Origin: a virus
Lineage: Duplodnaviria > Caudoviricetes
Virus record (IMG/VR): IMGVR_UViG_3300025389_001172
Location: 77,322-141,321 of that record
Length of the DNA: 64,000 bases
Reading direction: 5' to 3' (one strand)
Position numbers and translations under genes: made by a program. Below the pieces are notes generated by a model. That model did no database searches, was not told the origin of the DNA, and worked only from the letters and a program-made list of their open reading frames with translations. Below are positions 27,750-37,097 of this stretch, piece by piece. Within the stretch, counting starts at the first letter, position 1. Each line of letters starts with the position of its first letter.

Positions 27750-28216
27750 TATCTTGTCTCCGTTTGTAATAAATCTTGTAATTTTGTTTTATAGGCACGG
27801 GCGTGACGCTCTTCGACTTTCTTCAGTGCGGCGAAACGTTTTTCAGCCTTGCGTAGGACAGCGATAAACTGTTCTGCATGTTCTCGGCTTTCTGCTATCT
27901 GATCCTGCATTTCTTTTTCAGCTTCATGGTTACCTTCCAATACAGCATTCTTTTCAAATTCTGGATACATCGTGGTAAACTCATAGGTCTCGCCTTCGAT
28001 GGCTTTTTCCAAACATTCTTTAGTCGTTGGTTTACCTATCAACAGTTCCAAATGACCCCAAGCGTGTTTGAGTTCTTGATCTGCTGTGTGCTCAAAATGC
28101 TGTGCGATTTCTTCGAATCCTTCTTCACGAGCGATACGGGCGAAGTAACGATACTTGATGTGGGCTTGGCTTTCACCTGCCAGCGCATTCTCTAGATTTT
28201 TAATTGTGATAGACAT
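27749..28216 (-). CDS. rubrerythrin (short, erythrin-type)
   Basis: [40 protein letters not shown]. Confidence 0.92.
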   Translation of the reverse strand: MSITIKNLENALAGESQAHIKYRYFARIAREEGFEEIAQHFEHTADQELKHAWGHLELLIGKPTTKECLEKAIEGETYEFTTMYPEFEKNAVLEGNHEAEKEMQDQIAESREHAEQFIAVLRKAEKRFAALKKVEERHARAYKTKLQDLLQTETR

Positions 28217-28297
28217 TGTTTCTCCTTTATGTGTGTCTGATAATAACAGTCAGTGTTTCTACTGATAAATTATTGTAATAGTATTTAACAATAAGAT

Positions 28298-28357
28298 CTA
28301 TCATTTCTATTGATTTCTTCAATAATTATTTTAATAAGGCCTATAGATTTTTTCAAT
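28298..28357. promoter_or_regulatory. candidate OxyR/LysR-type operator
   Basis: CTAT-7-ATTG-7-CAAT-8-TAAT-7-ATAG-7-CAAT upstream of rubrerythrin. Confidence 0.45.
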
Positions 28358-28360
28358 AAC

Positions 28361-28382
28361 AAAAAACCCGCCGAAGCGGGTT
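28361..28382 (-). terminator. Rho-independent terminator
   Basis: AACCCGC-TTCG-GCGGGTT followed by T tract. Confidence 0.85.
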
Positions 28383-28403
28383 CCCTGTATCACAAAGGTT
28401 AAA

Positions 28404-28952
28404 TTAGAAACCACGTGTATAGATTAAATTTACACTGTGACTTTGGCTGTCGCCGTACTGCTTGTCATAACGTAGACCAAGTTGATCTTTTGGTGTTAGA
28501 TCATATGCCAATGTAGCACGAGCAGTGTTGGTTTTATCAGCGATAGAGCTATCAAATGCTGTACGATAGCGATAGCCTAGTTTTGCTGAAACTCCAGATC
28601 CCAATGCGGCTGTGATACCTGGCTCAACTGAGTAGTAGCCAAAATCTGTAGAGCCTGTAAACTTGTTACCAACAGCTACGCGAGTATAGAGGCCAATCAT
28701 ACCAGCTGGCTGGCTGTAAGTACCACCTACTTCAGCACGAGTGCTGAGACTGTCTGTAGGGCTTACATATTGCGTCACGCCTAGGTCGGCTGTGATATTT
28801 TTAGTTACTGACTCTTTGACAGTGATACCATAATTGTGGCTGTCAGCCGCACCATTGTCTCCACTTTGGAATTGGTCTTCTAATGATACTGACGCCGCGT
28901 TTACTGTGCCTATAAATGCCAGTGAGGCTAAAATTGCAATAATTTTCTTCAT
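28404..28952 (-). CDS. small outer-membrane beta-barrel protein
   Basis: Signal peptide, alternating beta strands, C-terminal YTRGF. Confidence 0.75.
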   Translation of the reverse strand: MKKIIAILASLAFIGTVNAASVSLEDQFQSGDNGAADSHNYGITVKESVTKNITADLGVTQYVSPTDSLSTRAEVGGTYSQPAGMIGLYTRVAVGNKFTGSTDFGYYSVEPGITAALGSGVSAKLGYRYRTAFDSSIADKTNTARATLAYDLTPKDQLGLRYDKQYGDSQSHSVNLIYTRGF

Positions 28953-29036
28953 GATTTAGTTTCCTTTTTGTTATGATACATCTTTTAGATTAAGATATAT
29001 TCTATATTATATATCCTATATGAGATTACACCTATG

Positions 29037-29064
29037 AAAAAGCGGCCATAAATAGCCGCTTTTT
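29037..29064 (-). terminator. terminator after tmRNA
   Basis: AAAAAGCGGC-TATTTATG-GCCGCTTTTT. Confidence 0.8.
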
Positions 29065-29390
29065 GGTTGTTTTGGTTACAAGGTAAGTCCTACCCCGTGA
29101 GGATCATGCCGCTAAGGCATATACCTCATCATTAGATGCGTTAGCATTTATAGATTTGCTTGATTAAGGATCATCGCCTATCCTGTTGCCTTTTTCGCTA
29201 TCTCACCATGTCGAACCCAGGTCAGACCCATCAAAAGAACACTACCCTGTATTACGCCTCAGGCATACCCGATGCTCAGGATTCTTGCTCTACTAGCCAC
29301 CGTGACGGATAGTAATGTTCTTATGGTGGATCTGGTGGGAATCGAACCCACGTCCACAATGCCTTTGCTAGAAAGGAATTACAACAATTC
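29065..29390 (-). ncRNA. ssrA: circularly permuted (two-piece) tmRNA
   Basis: Acceptor piece ends GTGGG-TTCGATT-CCCAC-CAGATCC-A-CCA at 29324; coding piece starts GGGTCTG-ACCTGGGTTCGAC at 29229 (7-bp acceptor stem with G3.U70); tag ANASNDEVYALAA* at 29145-29104; outer ends approximate. Confidence 0.92.
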
Positions 29391-29392
29391 TT

Positions 29393-30007
29393 TTATTGAT
29401 TCCAATACTTAGGAACACCATATACTTCTACAACAACTCTACGATTCTCACTGCGACCTTCAGCTGTTTTATTTGTAGCCACTGGCTCTCTTTCGCCTTT
29501 GGTGTCTGTGTATATACGACCTGCTTCTAGACCTCGACTGATTAAATATTTTTTTACAGCTTCTGCACGACGCTGACCTAACTGTAAATTATAACTGTCT
29601 GTACCAACACTGTCAGTATGACCTACTACGATCGCAATTTCTACTGTCATGGTATTCAATTTCATCACTAATTGATCTAATTCTATTTTACCCGCTGGCT
29701 TGATTACTGATCGATCAAAATCAAATAATGAGTTTGCTAGATAGGTTAATTTACCTGTTACTACAGCTTTAGGAGTCGGTGCTGGATTTACTGCCGGCGC
29801 TTTCGTTGGCACCACTGGCTGTAATGCCCCATCACATCTTGGATCGGCTGAGGCCGGTGTCCATGAGCTATCTCTCCAGCATAGGCCAGAGGAATTGGTC
29901 ACGGGACTACCCTGGCTGGTCCAATTGTCGTTGACCATAGGCTCTGGTAAAAGATTAGCCTGTGCTACGCCTGCGACTGCTAATAATCCAAACAATAATA
30001 CTTTCAT
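29393..30007 (-). CDS. OmpA-family peptidoglycan-binding protein
   Basis: LCWRDSSWTPA, LFDFDRS, GHTDSVG, NLQLGQRRA, NRRV. Confidence 0.9.
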   Translation of the reverse strand: MKVLLFGLLAVAGVAQANLLPEPMVNDNWTSQGSPVTNSSGLCWRDSSWTPASADPRCDGALQPVVPTKAPAVNPAPTPKAVVTGKLTYLANSLFDFDRSVIKPAGKIELDQLVMKLNTMTVEIAIVVGHTDSVGTDSYNLQLGQRRAEAVKKYLISRGLEAGRIYTDTKGEREPVATNKTAEGRSENRRVVVEVYGVPKYWNQ

Positions 30008-30022
30008 GATTTACCTTAAAAT

Positions 30023-30166
30023 TTAATTATAACCCCGTATGACATTATTGTCAATCTTGGGATTACCTTTTGCCAATTCTCGTTCAACCCACTGTTTTCT
30101 TTCCTGTTCCTTACGTTCTTTTTCAGTCTGCACAGGTTGTTTCACAGGTTGTGGTTTTTCTATCAA
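30023..30166 (-). CDS. small hypothetical protein
   Basis: Likely TTG start overlapping upstream TGA (TTGA). Confidence 0.45.
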   Translation of the reverse strand: MIEKPQPVKQPVQTEKERKEQERKQWVERELAKGNPKIDNNVIRGYN

Positions 30167-30483
30167 TTTGGTACCAGTACTGGCCTCTGTTGATTGGTAG
30201 CTGGATCTGTCATCATCTGCCAATGATATCCCACCGGTGGTTCCTGTACGATCTGAGGTTGCTGGATGTATACAGGAGGTTGCTGGATGTATACAGGAGC
30301 AGGTTCGTAGTAATGAGGACGACTCAACTCATAGCCAACAACTCCGCCTATCAGTGCTGGTGCGATCCAACCTCCACCCCAACAACATCTACCACCTCTC
30401 CAATGCGCATCTGCTTGGGTAGCGAACAGTGTGCTCATTGCTAAGATACTGCCAAATACCGCTACATAGATAAGTCTCTTCAT
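30163..30483 (-). CDS. exported Gly/Pro-rich protein
   Basis: Signal peptide, WIAPALIGGVVGY, PVYIQQP repeats. Confidence 0.75.
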   Translation of the reverse strand: MKRLIYVAVFGSILAMSTLFATQADAHWRGGRCCWGGGWIAPALIGGVVGYELSRPHYYEPAPVYIQQPPVYIQQPQIVQEPPVGYHWQMMTDPATNQQRPVLVPN

Positions 30484-30504
30484 GGATGTCTCCAAACGAA
30501 TTAT

Positions 30505-30598
30505 AAAAGTGACGGAATCCTAGGGCTTGATATGTCTCCGTCTAACCACTCTGTGTCTCTCACACAAGCAAGTAGCTATGCCACTTTACCCCTACGGA
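30505..30598 (-). ncRNA. candidate structured leader or small RNA
   Basis: Three nested stems directly after TTGCGA-17-TATAAT/TAAATA (30604-30637). Confidence 0.35.
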
Positions 30599-30638
30599 TA
30601 ATATATTTATTATACTATCGAATCAAAATACTCGCAAC

Positions 30639-31487
30639 CTATGACCTGCTTGGTCTCCAAATTCCTGCTAGGGTGCCGTCACCATTTCCTCTGTAACCAC
30701 TGGGCCACATTATAGATACAGTGCTACGAGAAGGATTATTTCCCCTACCTCCTTGATTACCACCAACAAAGGTCAATGCACCATTTTTATTAGTATAAAC
30801 TAAATTCACATGTCCAAAATTCCAAAGAGCTATGTCACCCGGTTGTGCATCAGCACTGGATACTTTACTAGCACTCCATTTTCCTGGATTATTTCTTATA
30901 GCCCAACTGCTGGCTTCTGGACACCATTTGTATCCATTCTGTTTCAACGCAAAATTTACAAACCCCATACACCATGCAGTTTGATCATTGTTTGCGTAGG
31001 CTGCGATGCCTATGGATTTCCAAATATTGATGATATTGGGGTTGCCGGGATTTACCGGAGCCGCAGGTACAGGGGGACTGCGTCTAGTCCATTGGCCCTG
31101 TTCAGCTTCTTGTAACCTAGCGGCCAGCCAGCTGACTATGTTATCCGATACCGCAGGATCAACAGTGCCTGGAACCGTGGTTATTTCGGTTGTAGGAGTT
31201 CCTTGATAGCCTTGTTCTGGACCACCGTTGTCTACTGCTGTAGCAGGCAATGATTGAGGCTGTAGGCTAGCCAACTCTGTGATAGCCGCTTGATTAAGAT
31301 CCACTTTCGATATCTGAGGTGCCGCTATGTCCACCGCAAAGGCAGAGCTACTCGGCCCTGCCTGAGCATATAAAACTACAGGAACTCCGTTGATGAACAC
31401 ATTAGGTGATTGATACAGATCATCTACGGCAGGGCTATTACTGTTACGCTGTTGCCCATAGTTATTGATCCAAGGTTTAGTAGCCAT
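30639..31487 (-). CDS. CHAP/NlpC-P60-like peptidoglycan peptidase, probably virion-associated
   Basis: TAWCMGFVN, GDIA, GHVNLV, GGNQ. Confidence 0.75.
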   Translation of the reverse strand: MATKPWINNYGQQRNSNSPAVDDLYQSPNVFINGVPVVLYAQAGPSSSAFAVDIAAPQISKVDLNQAAITELASLQPQSLPATAVDNGGPEQGYQGTPTTEITTVPGTVDPAVSDNIVSWLAARLQEAEQGQWTRRSPPVPAAPVNPGNPNIINIWKSIGIAAYANNDQTAWCMGFVNFALKQNGYKWCPEASSWAIRNNPGKWSASKVSSADAQPGDIALWNFGHVNLVYTNKNGALTFVGGNQGGRGNNPSRSTVSIMWPSGYRGNGDGTLAGIWRPSRS

Positions 31488-31490
31488 CTA

Positions 31491-32120
31491 TTAAGTTCCA
31501 GATGATACGCCAGCGGCAGCCGCGACATTTCGGGCTGTGGTTTCTGCACTTTTAACAGCCGGAGTGATGATAGCACTGGCCTGTGCCTTCACATTAGCAA
31601 TGATCTGATCAACTCCCAATGCCTGTTTAGCCCAATCTTCTGCATCTCCAAGGGTGCTGTTTATCTTGTCTTTGACGAAATTTTCTACTTTGGACACTTC
31701 TGAAATTATAGTGCCTTCTTTAAGTTGAGATTTTAATTGCTCAGTGATATTAGGTAGTTGTGGTAATGCCTGTCCATTTTGTGTAAGTGTTTGGCTAACC
31801 ACTTCTGTGTCAAAATTATTTTTCTTGATCACACTGGCAGCCATGGCCTGTTGGGTCACGGCGGCATCACTGACAGCACTACTGGCATTACCTACTGCTT
31901 TTGATACAGATAAAATAGCACCGCTAGAAGCTTTGGCAGTATCGGCAACGGCTCCTACAGCTGAGACCAGGTCAGCTAGAGTGCCCTGTATCTGTTTCAA
32001 TACCACAGTTTGAGCATTGATCGCGGTAGCGATAGCGGTTAACTCAGCGCCATTGTCAATAGCTGTAAAAACGCCAGCACCACCGGTGGCCCCCATTGGG
32101 GTTTGAATTGGAACTCCCAT
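31491..32120 (-). CDS. Ala-rich hypothetical (structural?) protein
   Basis: ORF with TAAATA and AGGAG upstream. Confidence 0.65.
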   Translation of the reverse strand: MGVPIQTPMGATGGAGVFTAIDNGAELTAIATAINAQTVVLKQIQGTLADLVSAVGAVADTAKASSGAILSVSKAVGNASSAVSDAAVTQQAMAASVIKKNNFDTEVVSQTLTQNGQALPQLPNITEQLKSQLKEGTIISEVSKVENFVKDKINSTLGDAEDWAKQALGVDQIIANVKAQASAIITPAVKSAETTARNVAAAAGVSSGT

Positions 32121-32142
32121 TTTATTCTCCTAGATAATAATA

Positions 32143-32433
32143 CTATTTAACCAGGCTGATTCCAGTGGTGTCTTCGATGTACTGTTTGCTGGCCGCCTGT
32201 TTGCTGGCCACGATGAAAAAGGTATTCTTTTTGTCTAGTGTGACCTGCTTGTCCTCGCCTAGGAACACCCAGGGAATTAGTCCTAGCCCCGATCCACTCA
32301 TGGTTATGGCCAACGGTCTACTGATCACTATGGTATCTACAGTTTCTGATTCGAAACGGGCGATTATCTCATCGCCATTTAATAGTTTGATACTTACTAC
32401 ATCTCCTTGGGAGAATCCTTTGTTGATTAACAT
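32143..32433 (-). CDS. Sm-like fold phage protein
   Basis: VVSIKLLNGDEIIAR...LIPW...Y...TTGI. Confidence 0.6.
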   Translation of the reverse strand: MLINKGFSQGDVVSIKLLNGDEIIARFESETVDTIVISRPLAITMSGSGLGLIPWVFLGEDKQVTLDKKNTFFIVASKQAASKQYIEDTTGISLVK

Positions 32434-32440
32434 ATTGTCC

Positions 32441-32950
32441 TTATTTGTCTTCTGGTTTGGGTATTTCGCACAGTGCTTCTAATGTCTTGTAATGATCGTA
32501 GGCTCTTTTGAGAGCTTCGAAGTGTTCTAGCTTCGCAGGATCTGGAACTAAGATAGCCAACCGTTCTTCCATCTTCTCCATGAATTCTTTTAGACTGCGA
32601 CCATTGATCAAGACATCAGCCCCTTCACCTTCTAGTTCCAGCTGACCGCCTGTACTTCCACTACCATTAGAATATGGCATACCTGTCCAAGCGGGATTAG
32701 TATTGTTAGTGGTTATGATGTTCCCACCGTTAAACACAGAGCTAGACAGAGTAGGTATGGTAAAACTCCCATAACTGCCTGTATTTGCTGTGATAGTTAC
32801 ATTGTTAGGCCAACTGAACCCACTCAGCTCACTGGTAGTCAGCTTGCTGAGATCTATGGTGTTGAGATCTACCTCAGCGTCCTCTACGATCTCTGATGGT
32901 TTGACACCTCTCAGGGCATCTTTAATGCGTTCTAATTCTGCGTTATCCAT
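32441..32950 (-). CDS. hypothetical protein
   Basis: ORF packed between glutaredoxin and Sm-like gene. Confidence 0.65.
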   Translation of the reverse strand: MDNAELERIKDALRGVKPSEIVEDAEVDLNTIDLSKLTTSELSGFSWPNNVTITANTGSYGSFTIPTLSSSVFNGGNIITTNNTNPAWTGMPYSNGSGSTGGQLELEGEGADVLINGRSLKEFMEKMEERLAILVPDPAKLEHFEALKRAYDHYKTLEALCEIPKPEDK

Positions 32951-33167
32951 TTAGTCTAGCCCGTAATTCTGTGAATCCACCTACCAGTTCTCCATCTAGG
33001 AATATCTGTGGAACTGTACGTGCATTTGGCACTGCCTCTAACAACTGTTCTTTAGTCCAATCTGTACTGACATTTCTTTCTTCGAACTCAATACCTCTAG
33101 ATTTTAACAGGTTTTTGGCCTGATCACAATAGGGGCACTGATTCCGACTCCATACAATAGCCTTCAT
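32943..33167 (-). CDS. glutaredoxin
   Basis: CPYC, RTVPQIF, GGF. Confidence 0.95.
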   Translation of the reverse strand: MKAIVWSRNQCPYCDQAKNLLKSRGIEFEERNVSTDWTKEQLLEAVPNARTVPQIFLDGELVGGFTELRARLNG

Positions 33168-33178
33168 ATTATTTTCCT

Positions 33179-34282
33179 TTATAGTTCTGGTAATTCTTCA
33201 TAATCAACAGAATCGCTCATGACACCTACGACATAATTGGTCGATTCGGTCTCCTGTAGTGCTGATTGTTTCTTGTTGATGTTGACGTGTCGGTTAAACC
33301 AAGGGATAGGACTAGACTTAGGGTGTTCGCCTTGATACTTGATGCCAATCTCTTTGAGTCGGGTGAATGCTGTGTAGTCTACGAAATCTTTTAAGATAGT
33401 TTCATTAAGTCCGATAACAGGACCTAGTTTGAACAGATATTCAGCCCAGGCCTTTTCTTCCTCTATAACATCCATGTACATCTGATAGACTTCAGCTTCA
33501 CATTCTGCTTTAGCTTCTACAAACCGTTCATCATCTTTGATGACATTGTTGATCAACCAAGCAGTCCATTCTGCGTGCAGGATCTCATCCTGTAGGATCA
33601 GTGAAATGATGTTGCCATTGCCGATATAGATCTTGTTCTCTACCATAGCCAGGCTGGTCGCGAATGACACCATGAAGCGGAATGCTTCTAGAGCATAGCT
33701 GGCGTTGAGTGCCAACCAGATAGCACGGATATGACTCTTTTCTGTTACAGATCCCGGACTGACTTCTTTGAAGCAGTTGATCTGATGTAGGTCTTCATAG
33801 TACTTGCCAATGTTGGCAGCCATTTCTACGATCTCTCGGGTATCGTGTATTTTATTAAATTCGTCTTTAGGAACACCGTAGACATTACGTATGATGTGGC
33901 TGTAGCTTTTTGAATGTATCGCTGTTTCAAAAAAACTCCAGTTGGTCACCAATGCTTCTAGTTCCGGAATAGATATCACAGGAGAGAATACCTGTATAGG
34001 AGCACGGCCTTGGATAGAATCTAATGCTGTCTGACGCAGTAGATTGCTGGTAAAGATATGCTTGACTGCATCGCTGGCATCTTTATGATCCATCTTGTCT
34101 TTGGTTAGGCTGATCTCTTCTGGAACCCAAAAGAAACCACGAGCTGTCTCTTCGTACCTGGCGATCTTGGGATACTTGACTTCCTCGAAACGTTGTACAG
34201 TCACCGGACCTTCTGGATCCAAAAACATCTTACGTTTGAGATAATTTGTTGGTTTTGATAGGTTATATTGTTCTTTACTCAT
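33179..34282 (-). CDS. nrdB: class Ia ribonucleotide reductase beta subunit
   Basis: FFWVPEEI, LDSIQGR, ETAIHSKSY, ALEAFRFMVSF, QDEILH, QETESTNY. Confidence 0.95.
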   Translation of the reverse strand: MSKEQYNLSKPTNYLKRKMFLDPEGPVTVQRFEEVKYPKIARYEETARGFFWVPEEISLTKDKMDHKDASDAVKHIFTSNLLRQTALDSIQGRAPIQVFSPVISIPELEALVTNWSFFETAIHSKSYSHIIRNVYGVPKDEFNKIHDTREIVEMAANIGKYYEDLHQINCFKEVSPGSVTEKSHIRAIWLALNASYALEAFRFMVSFATSLAMVENKIYIGNGNIISLILQDEILHAEWTAWLINNVIKDDERFVEAKAECEAEVYQMYMDVIEEEKAWAEYLFKLGPVIGLNETILKDFVDYTAFTRLKEIGIKYQGEHPKSSPIPWFNRHVNINKKQSALQETESTNYVVGVMSDSVDYEELPEL

Positions 34283-36609
34283 AATTTACAGGCCTCGCAG
34301 TCAGCATCATCTAGCATAGTATCATCACTTGCCAAAGGTACAGAGATTTGGATAGATTGATTAGTCCCGGTTATTTCTGATTTAGCACCAACCTTGTTGA
34401 TCAGGCTATAGTACATGGTCTTGATACCCCACTTGTAGGCCAGCATTAAATTCTTAGCGATCAATGTACCAGGCACCTTACCACCGTAGTTGGCGGGGTT
34501 ATAGAAAGTGTTGGTACTGAGGCTCTGATCTATGTAGGCAGCCAACACAGCGGCTGTCTTGAGATAGTCTACACAATCTGTCTGTTCCCACATAAGTTGG
34601 TAACGATTCTTTAATCTACGATACTCTGGTACTACCTGTACGAATGATCCTGCTTTAGATTCTTTCACAGATATCATCTCCATTGGCATTTCAATACCAT
34701 TAGTAGAGTTTAGAACAACTGAGCTAGATTCAACAGGAGCCACTGCCATAAGTGTAGCATTACGGATTCCATACTGCTTCATACGCTCACGCAGAGGTTC
34801 CCAATCCATACTAGGAGTAAAATCTGTTAATTCATCAACACCAATACTTCTGCGCTCCCAAGGAAACACTCCCTTACCGTAGTGTGTGTATGAGCTACGC
34901 TTACAGGCCCCTCTTTCTTGGGCAAGTTCTACACTCATCTCGGTAAGGAAATAGGCCTGGTGTTCCATCCAACGCTTGACTTCGGCGAGTGCTTCGGATG
35001 TTCCATATTTGAAACTACGCTTGGCGTGCCAATAGGCTAGATTGGTAATACCCACTCCTAGTGGTTCGAAGTCTTCATTAGCCAGCTTGCTCTGTACTGA
35101 CAAAAAATCTTGATACTGTAGTAGATTACTGAGACTGCGTACCAACACACGGCAGGCCTTACGCATCTGCTGTGGATTGTTGAAGGCTCCCCAGTTGATA
35201 GATCCCAGTGTACATAACGCTATGCGTCCCGCCGGATCTTCAATACGTTGGAAAGGTCTGGTTGGTAGTAGGATCTCTTGGCAGAGATTTGATTGGTATA
35301 TAGGATCGGTCGTAGTGTCAAACGGTCCTTGGTTAATAACATTATCGATGTTGACTAGATAGATGCGTCCTGTATCGGTACGCTCTTTCAAGATACCATT
35401 CTTAAACATTTCTTCAGCTGATAAGACTTTCTTTTTGATCTTTGGATCTGCTTCATACTCGAGATATAATTTTTCAAACTCAGCACTGTCTCTATAGTAG
35501 GCTTCATATAGATCCGGTACAGCATGTGGATCGAATAGTGTTATGTTTCCACCTGTGCGGTAACGATTCCAGAACATCTTGTTGACTACTACAGAATAGT
35601 CCATCTGACGAACACGGGTTTCCTCAGTGCCTTGATTATTTTTCAACACAATGAGGTCTTCGAACTGAGCGTGCCAGATGGGAAATGTCACTGTGCATGA
35701 CGCATTACGGATACCACCTTGGCTACATGAGCGTAGATCAGCGAACCATTTCTTCAAGAATGGAATCATACCTGTGTGCTTGATCTCTCCATTGCGTATA
35801 GGGGCGCCGAGAGGACGTATACGGCCAATCTCTAATCCTATGCCAGCACGTTTGCTAGCATACTTGGCCATCATTTCTCCTGCGGCAAATATGCTATCCA
35901 ACGTGTCATCACTAGTAATAAGTACGCAAGAACTAAACTGCTTAGTGGTAGTGCCCAGCCCAGCCAATACCGGTGTTGCAAGAGTAAAATGTCCATCTGA
36001 GGCACACTCGTAATATTCTTTAACATACTTCAATCTCCGATCTTTGGGTTCATTGTGGAAGGCAGTGGCCGCGGCGATGGCATAACGAACCTGTGGTGTT
36101 TCGTATATCTGCCCAGTGGCACGATTCTGTACCAGATATTTCTCTGCCAACTGTGCTATAGCGGCATAGGTATACTCTTCATCCTTGTGGTGATCTATGA
36201 ACAAGTCGATGATGTTCCACTCATCTTCTGTATACCAATCTAATAGCTCAGCGGTATACATACCTGCGGCTACATTGGTCTTGACTATGTCATAGAGCTT
36301 CGGTGGATCATACTCACCATAGACTTCTTTACGCAACATGCTCACACGCTGGCGGCCAGCTACATACTGATAGTTTACGTTGTTGATTTCTGGATTTTCT
36401 GTTTCGTCTATGAGGTCCACCATGGCCTTGAGCAAGAGCTCGTCTATGGTTTTAGTGCTCATGCCATCATGTAGTTCTATCTGGGCCTTGATTTCGATCA
36501 TACTGGGGCTCACTCCATCAATGCCCTTACAATCGTGTGCTACCTGTCTCTGTATTTTGCTGATGTCGAGTGGTACTCGTTCACCATTACGTTTTACAAC
36601 TGTAATCAT
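34279..36609 (-). CDS. nrdA: class Ia ribonucleotide reductase alpha subunit with ATP cone
   Basis: VVKRNG, FSSC, SQGGIR, SNLCQE, TMYY, CEAC; start corrected to MITVVKR. Confidence 0.96.
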   Translation of the reverse strand: MITVVKRNGERVPLDISKIQRQVAHDCKGIDGVSPSMIEIKAQIELHDGMSTKTIDELLLKAMVDLIDETENPEINNVNYQYVAGRQRVSMLRKEVYGEYDPPKLYDIVKTNVAAGMYTAELLDWYTEDEWNIIDLFIDHHKDEEYTYAAIAQLAEKYLVQNRATGQIYETPQVRYAIAAATAFHNEPKDRRLKYVKEYYECASDGHFTLATPVLAGLGTTTKQFSSCVLITSDDTLDSIFAAGEMMAKYASKRAGIGLEIGRIRPLGAPIRNGEIKHTGMIPFLKKWFADLRSCSQGGIRNASCTVTFPIWHAQFEDLIVLKNNQGTEETRVRQMDYSVVVNKMFWNRYRTGGNITLFDPHAVPDLYEAYYRDSAEFEKLYLEYEADPKIKKKVLSAEEMFKNGILKERTDTGRIYLVNIDNVINQGPFDTTTDPIYQSNLCQEILLPTRPFQRIEDPAGRIALCTLGSINWGAFNNPQQMRKACRVLVRSLSNLLQYQDFLSVQSKLANEDFEPLGVGITNLAYWHAKRSFKYGTSEALAEVKRWMEHQAYFLTEMSVELAQERGACKRSSYTHYGKGVFPWERRSIGVDELTDFTPSMDWEPLRERMKQYGIRNATLMAVAPVESSSVVLNSTNGIEMPMEMISVKESKAGSFVQVVPEYRRLKNRYQLMWEQTDCVDYLKTAAVLAAYIDQSLSTNTFYNPANYGGKVPGTLIAKNLMLAYKWGIKTMYYSLINKVGAKSEITGTNQSIQISVPLASDDTMLDDADCEACKL

Positions 36610-36662
36610 CTGACGCCTTATCTGTTTAAGTATTGCTGAAAATATATTGCTGGAATTGATAT

Positions 36663-37097
36663 TTACCTTGGAACTTTCAGTTCGGTAAGATTTTCTATTA
36701 AAAATGAATCTGGCACTTTTTCCAGCAGTTCTGGTCCATTGTCGTTGTAGTTTATAGCCCAGGAATTCTCTACGCATACGATATTATACTGTCTGTTATT
36801 TGCGTTGTCTAGCATGATCCGGACATCTATGGTAGAATCTTGATAGCGTTTGGTCATCTTTAGGCTCCAACCTATCATCAATGCTTTGGTAAAATCATCA
36901 TAGCGATTCTCTGCTATGATTTCCCACGGTGTAGGCCAAGCTCGTTGATGGAATGGATCTACACGATTATTGTAGGGAACAAATGGTGAATCTTTCCAGA
37001 ATTCCCAAACGGTATTGAATGGATCCTCGGAGGTCTCTAATTGATCTCGGAGATCCGCCCAGGCAGATATCCGCTCGTCTACTGATAATGTGAACAT
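36663..37097 (-). CDS. hypothetical protein
   Basis: WPTPWE motif; ORF abuts upstream gene. Confidence 0.65.
   Translation of the reverse strand: MFTLSVDERISAWADLRDQLETSEDPFNTVWEFWKDSPFVPYNNRVDPFHQRAWPTPWEIIAENRYDDFTKALMIGWSLKMTKRYQDSTIDVRIMLDNANNRQYNIVCVENSWAINYNDNGPELLEKVPDSFLIENLTELKVPR

Noticed and set aside
29324-29355. tRNA-like T-arm and CCA
   Set aside because: No D or anticodon arm upstream; it pairs with GGGTCTG at 29229 as part of the permuted tmRNA
30256-30299. 21-bp tandem repeat
   Set aside because: In-frame, encodes PVYIQQP repeats of the exported protein
33179-36609. Intron or intein in nrdA/nrdB
   Set aside because: Both are uninterrupted and of normal length
13322-36777. 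Long N-terminal extensions in the ORF track (dnaK 13375, rpsU 22561, 27649, nrdA 36777, LRW genes)
   Set aside because: RBS position, gene overlaps and family N-termini support the shorter starts reported
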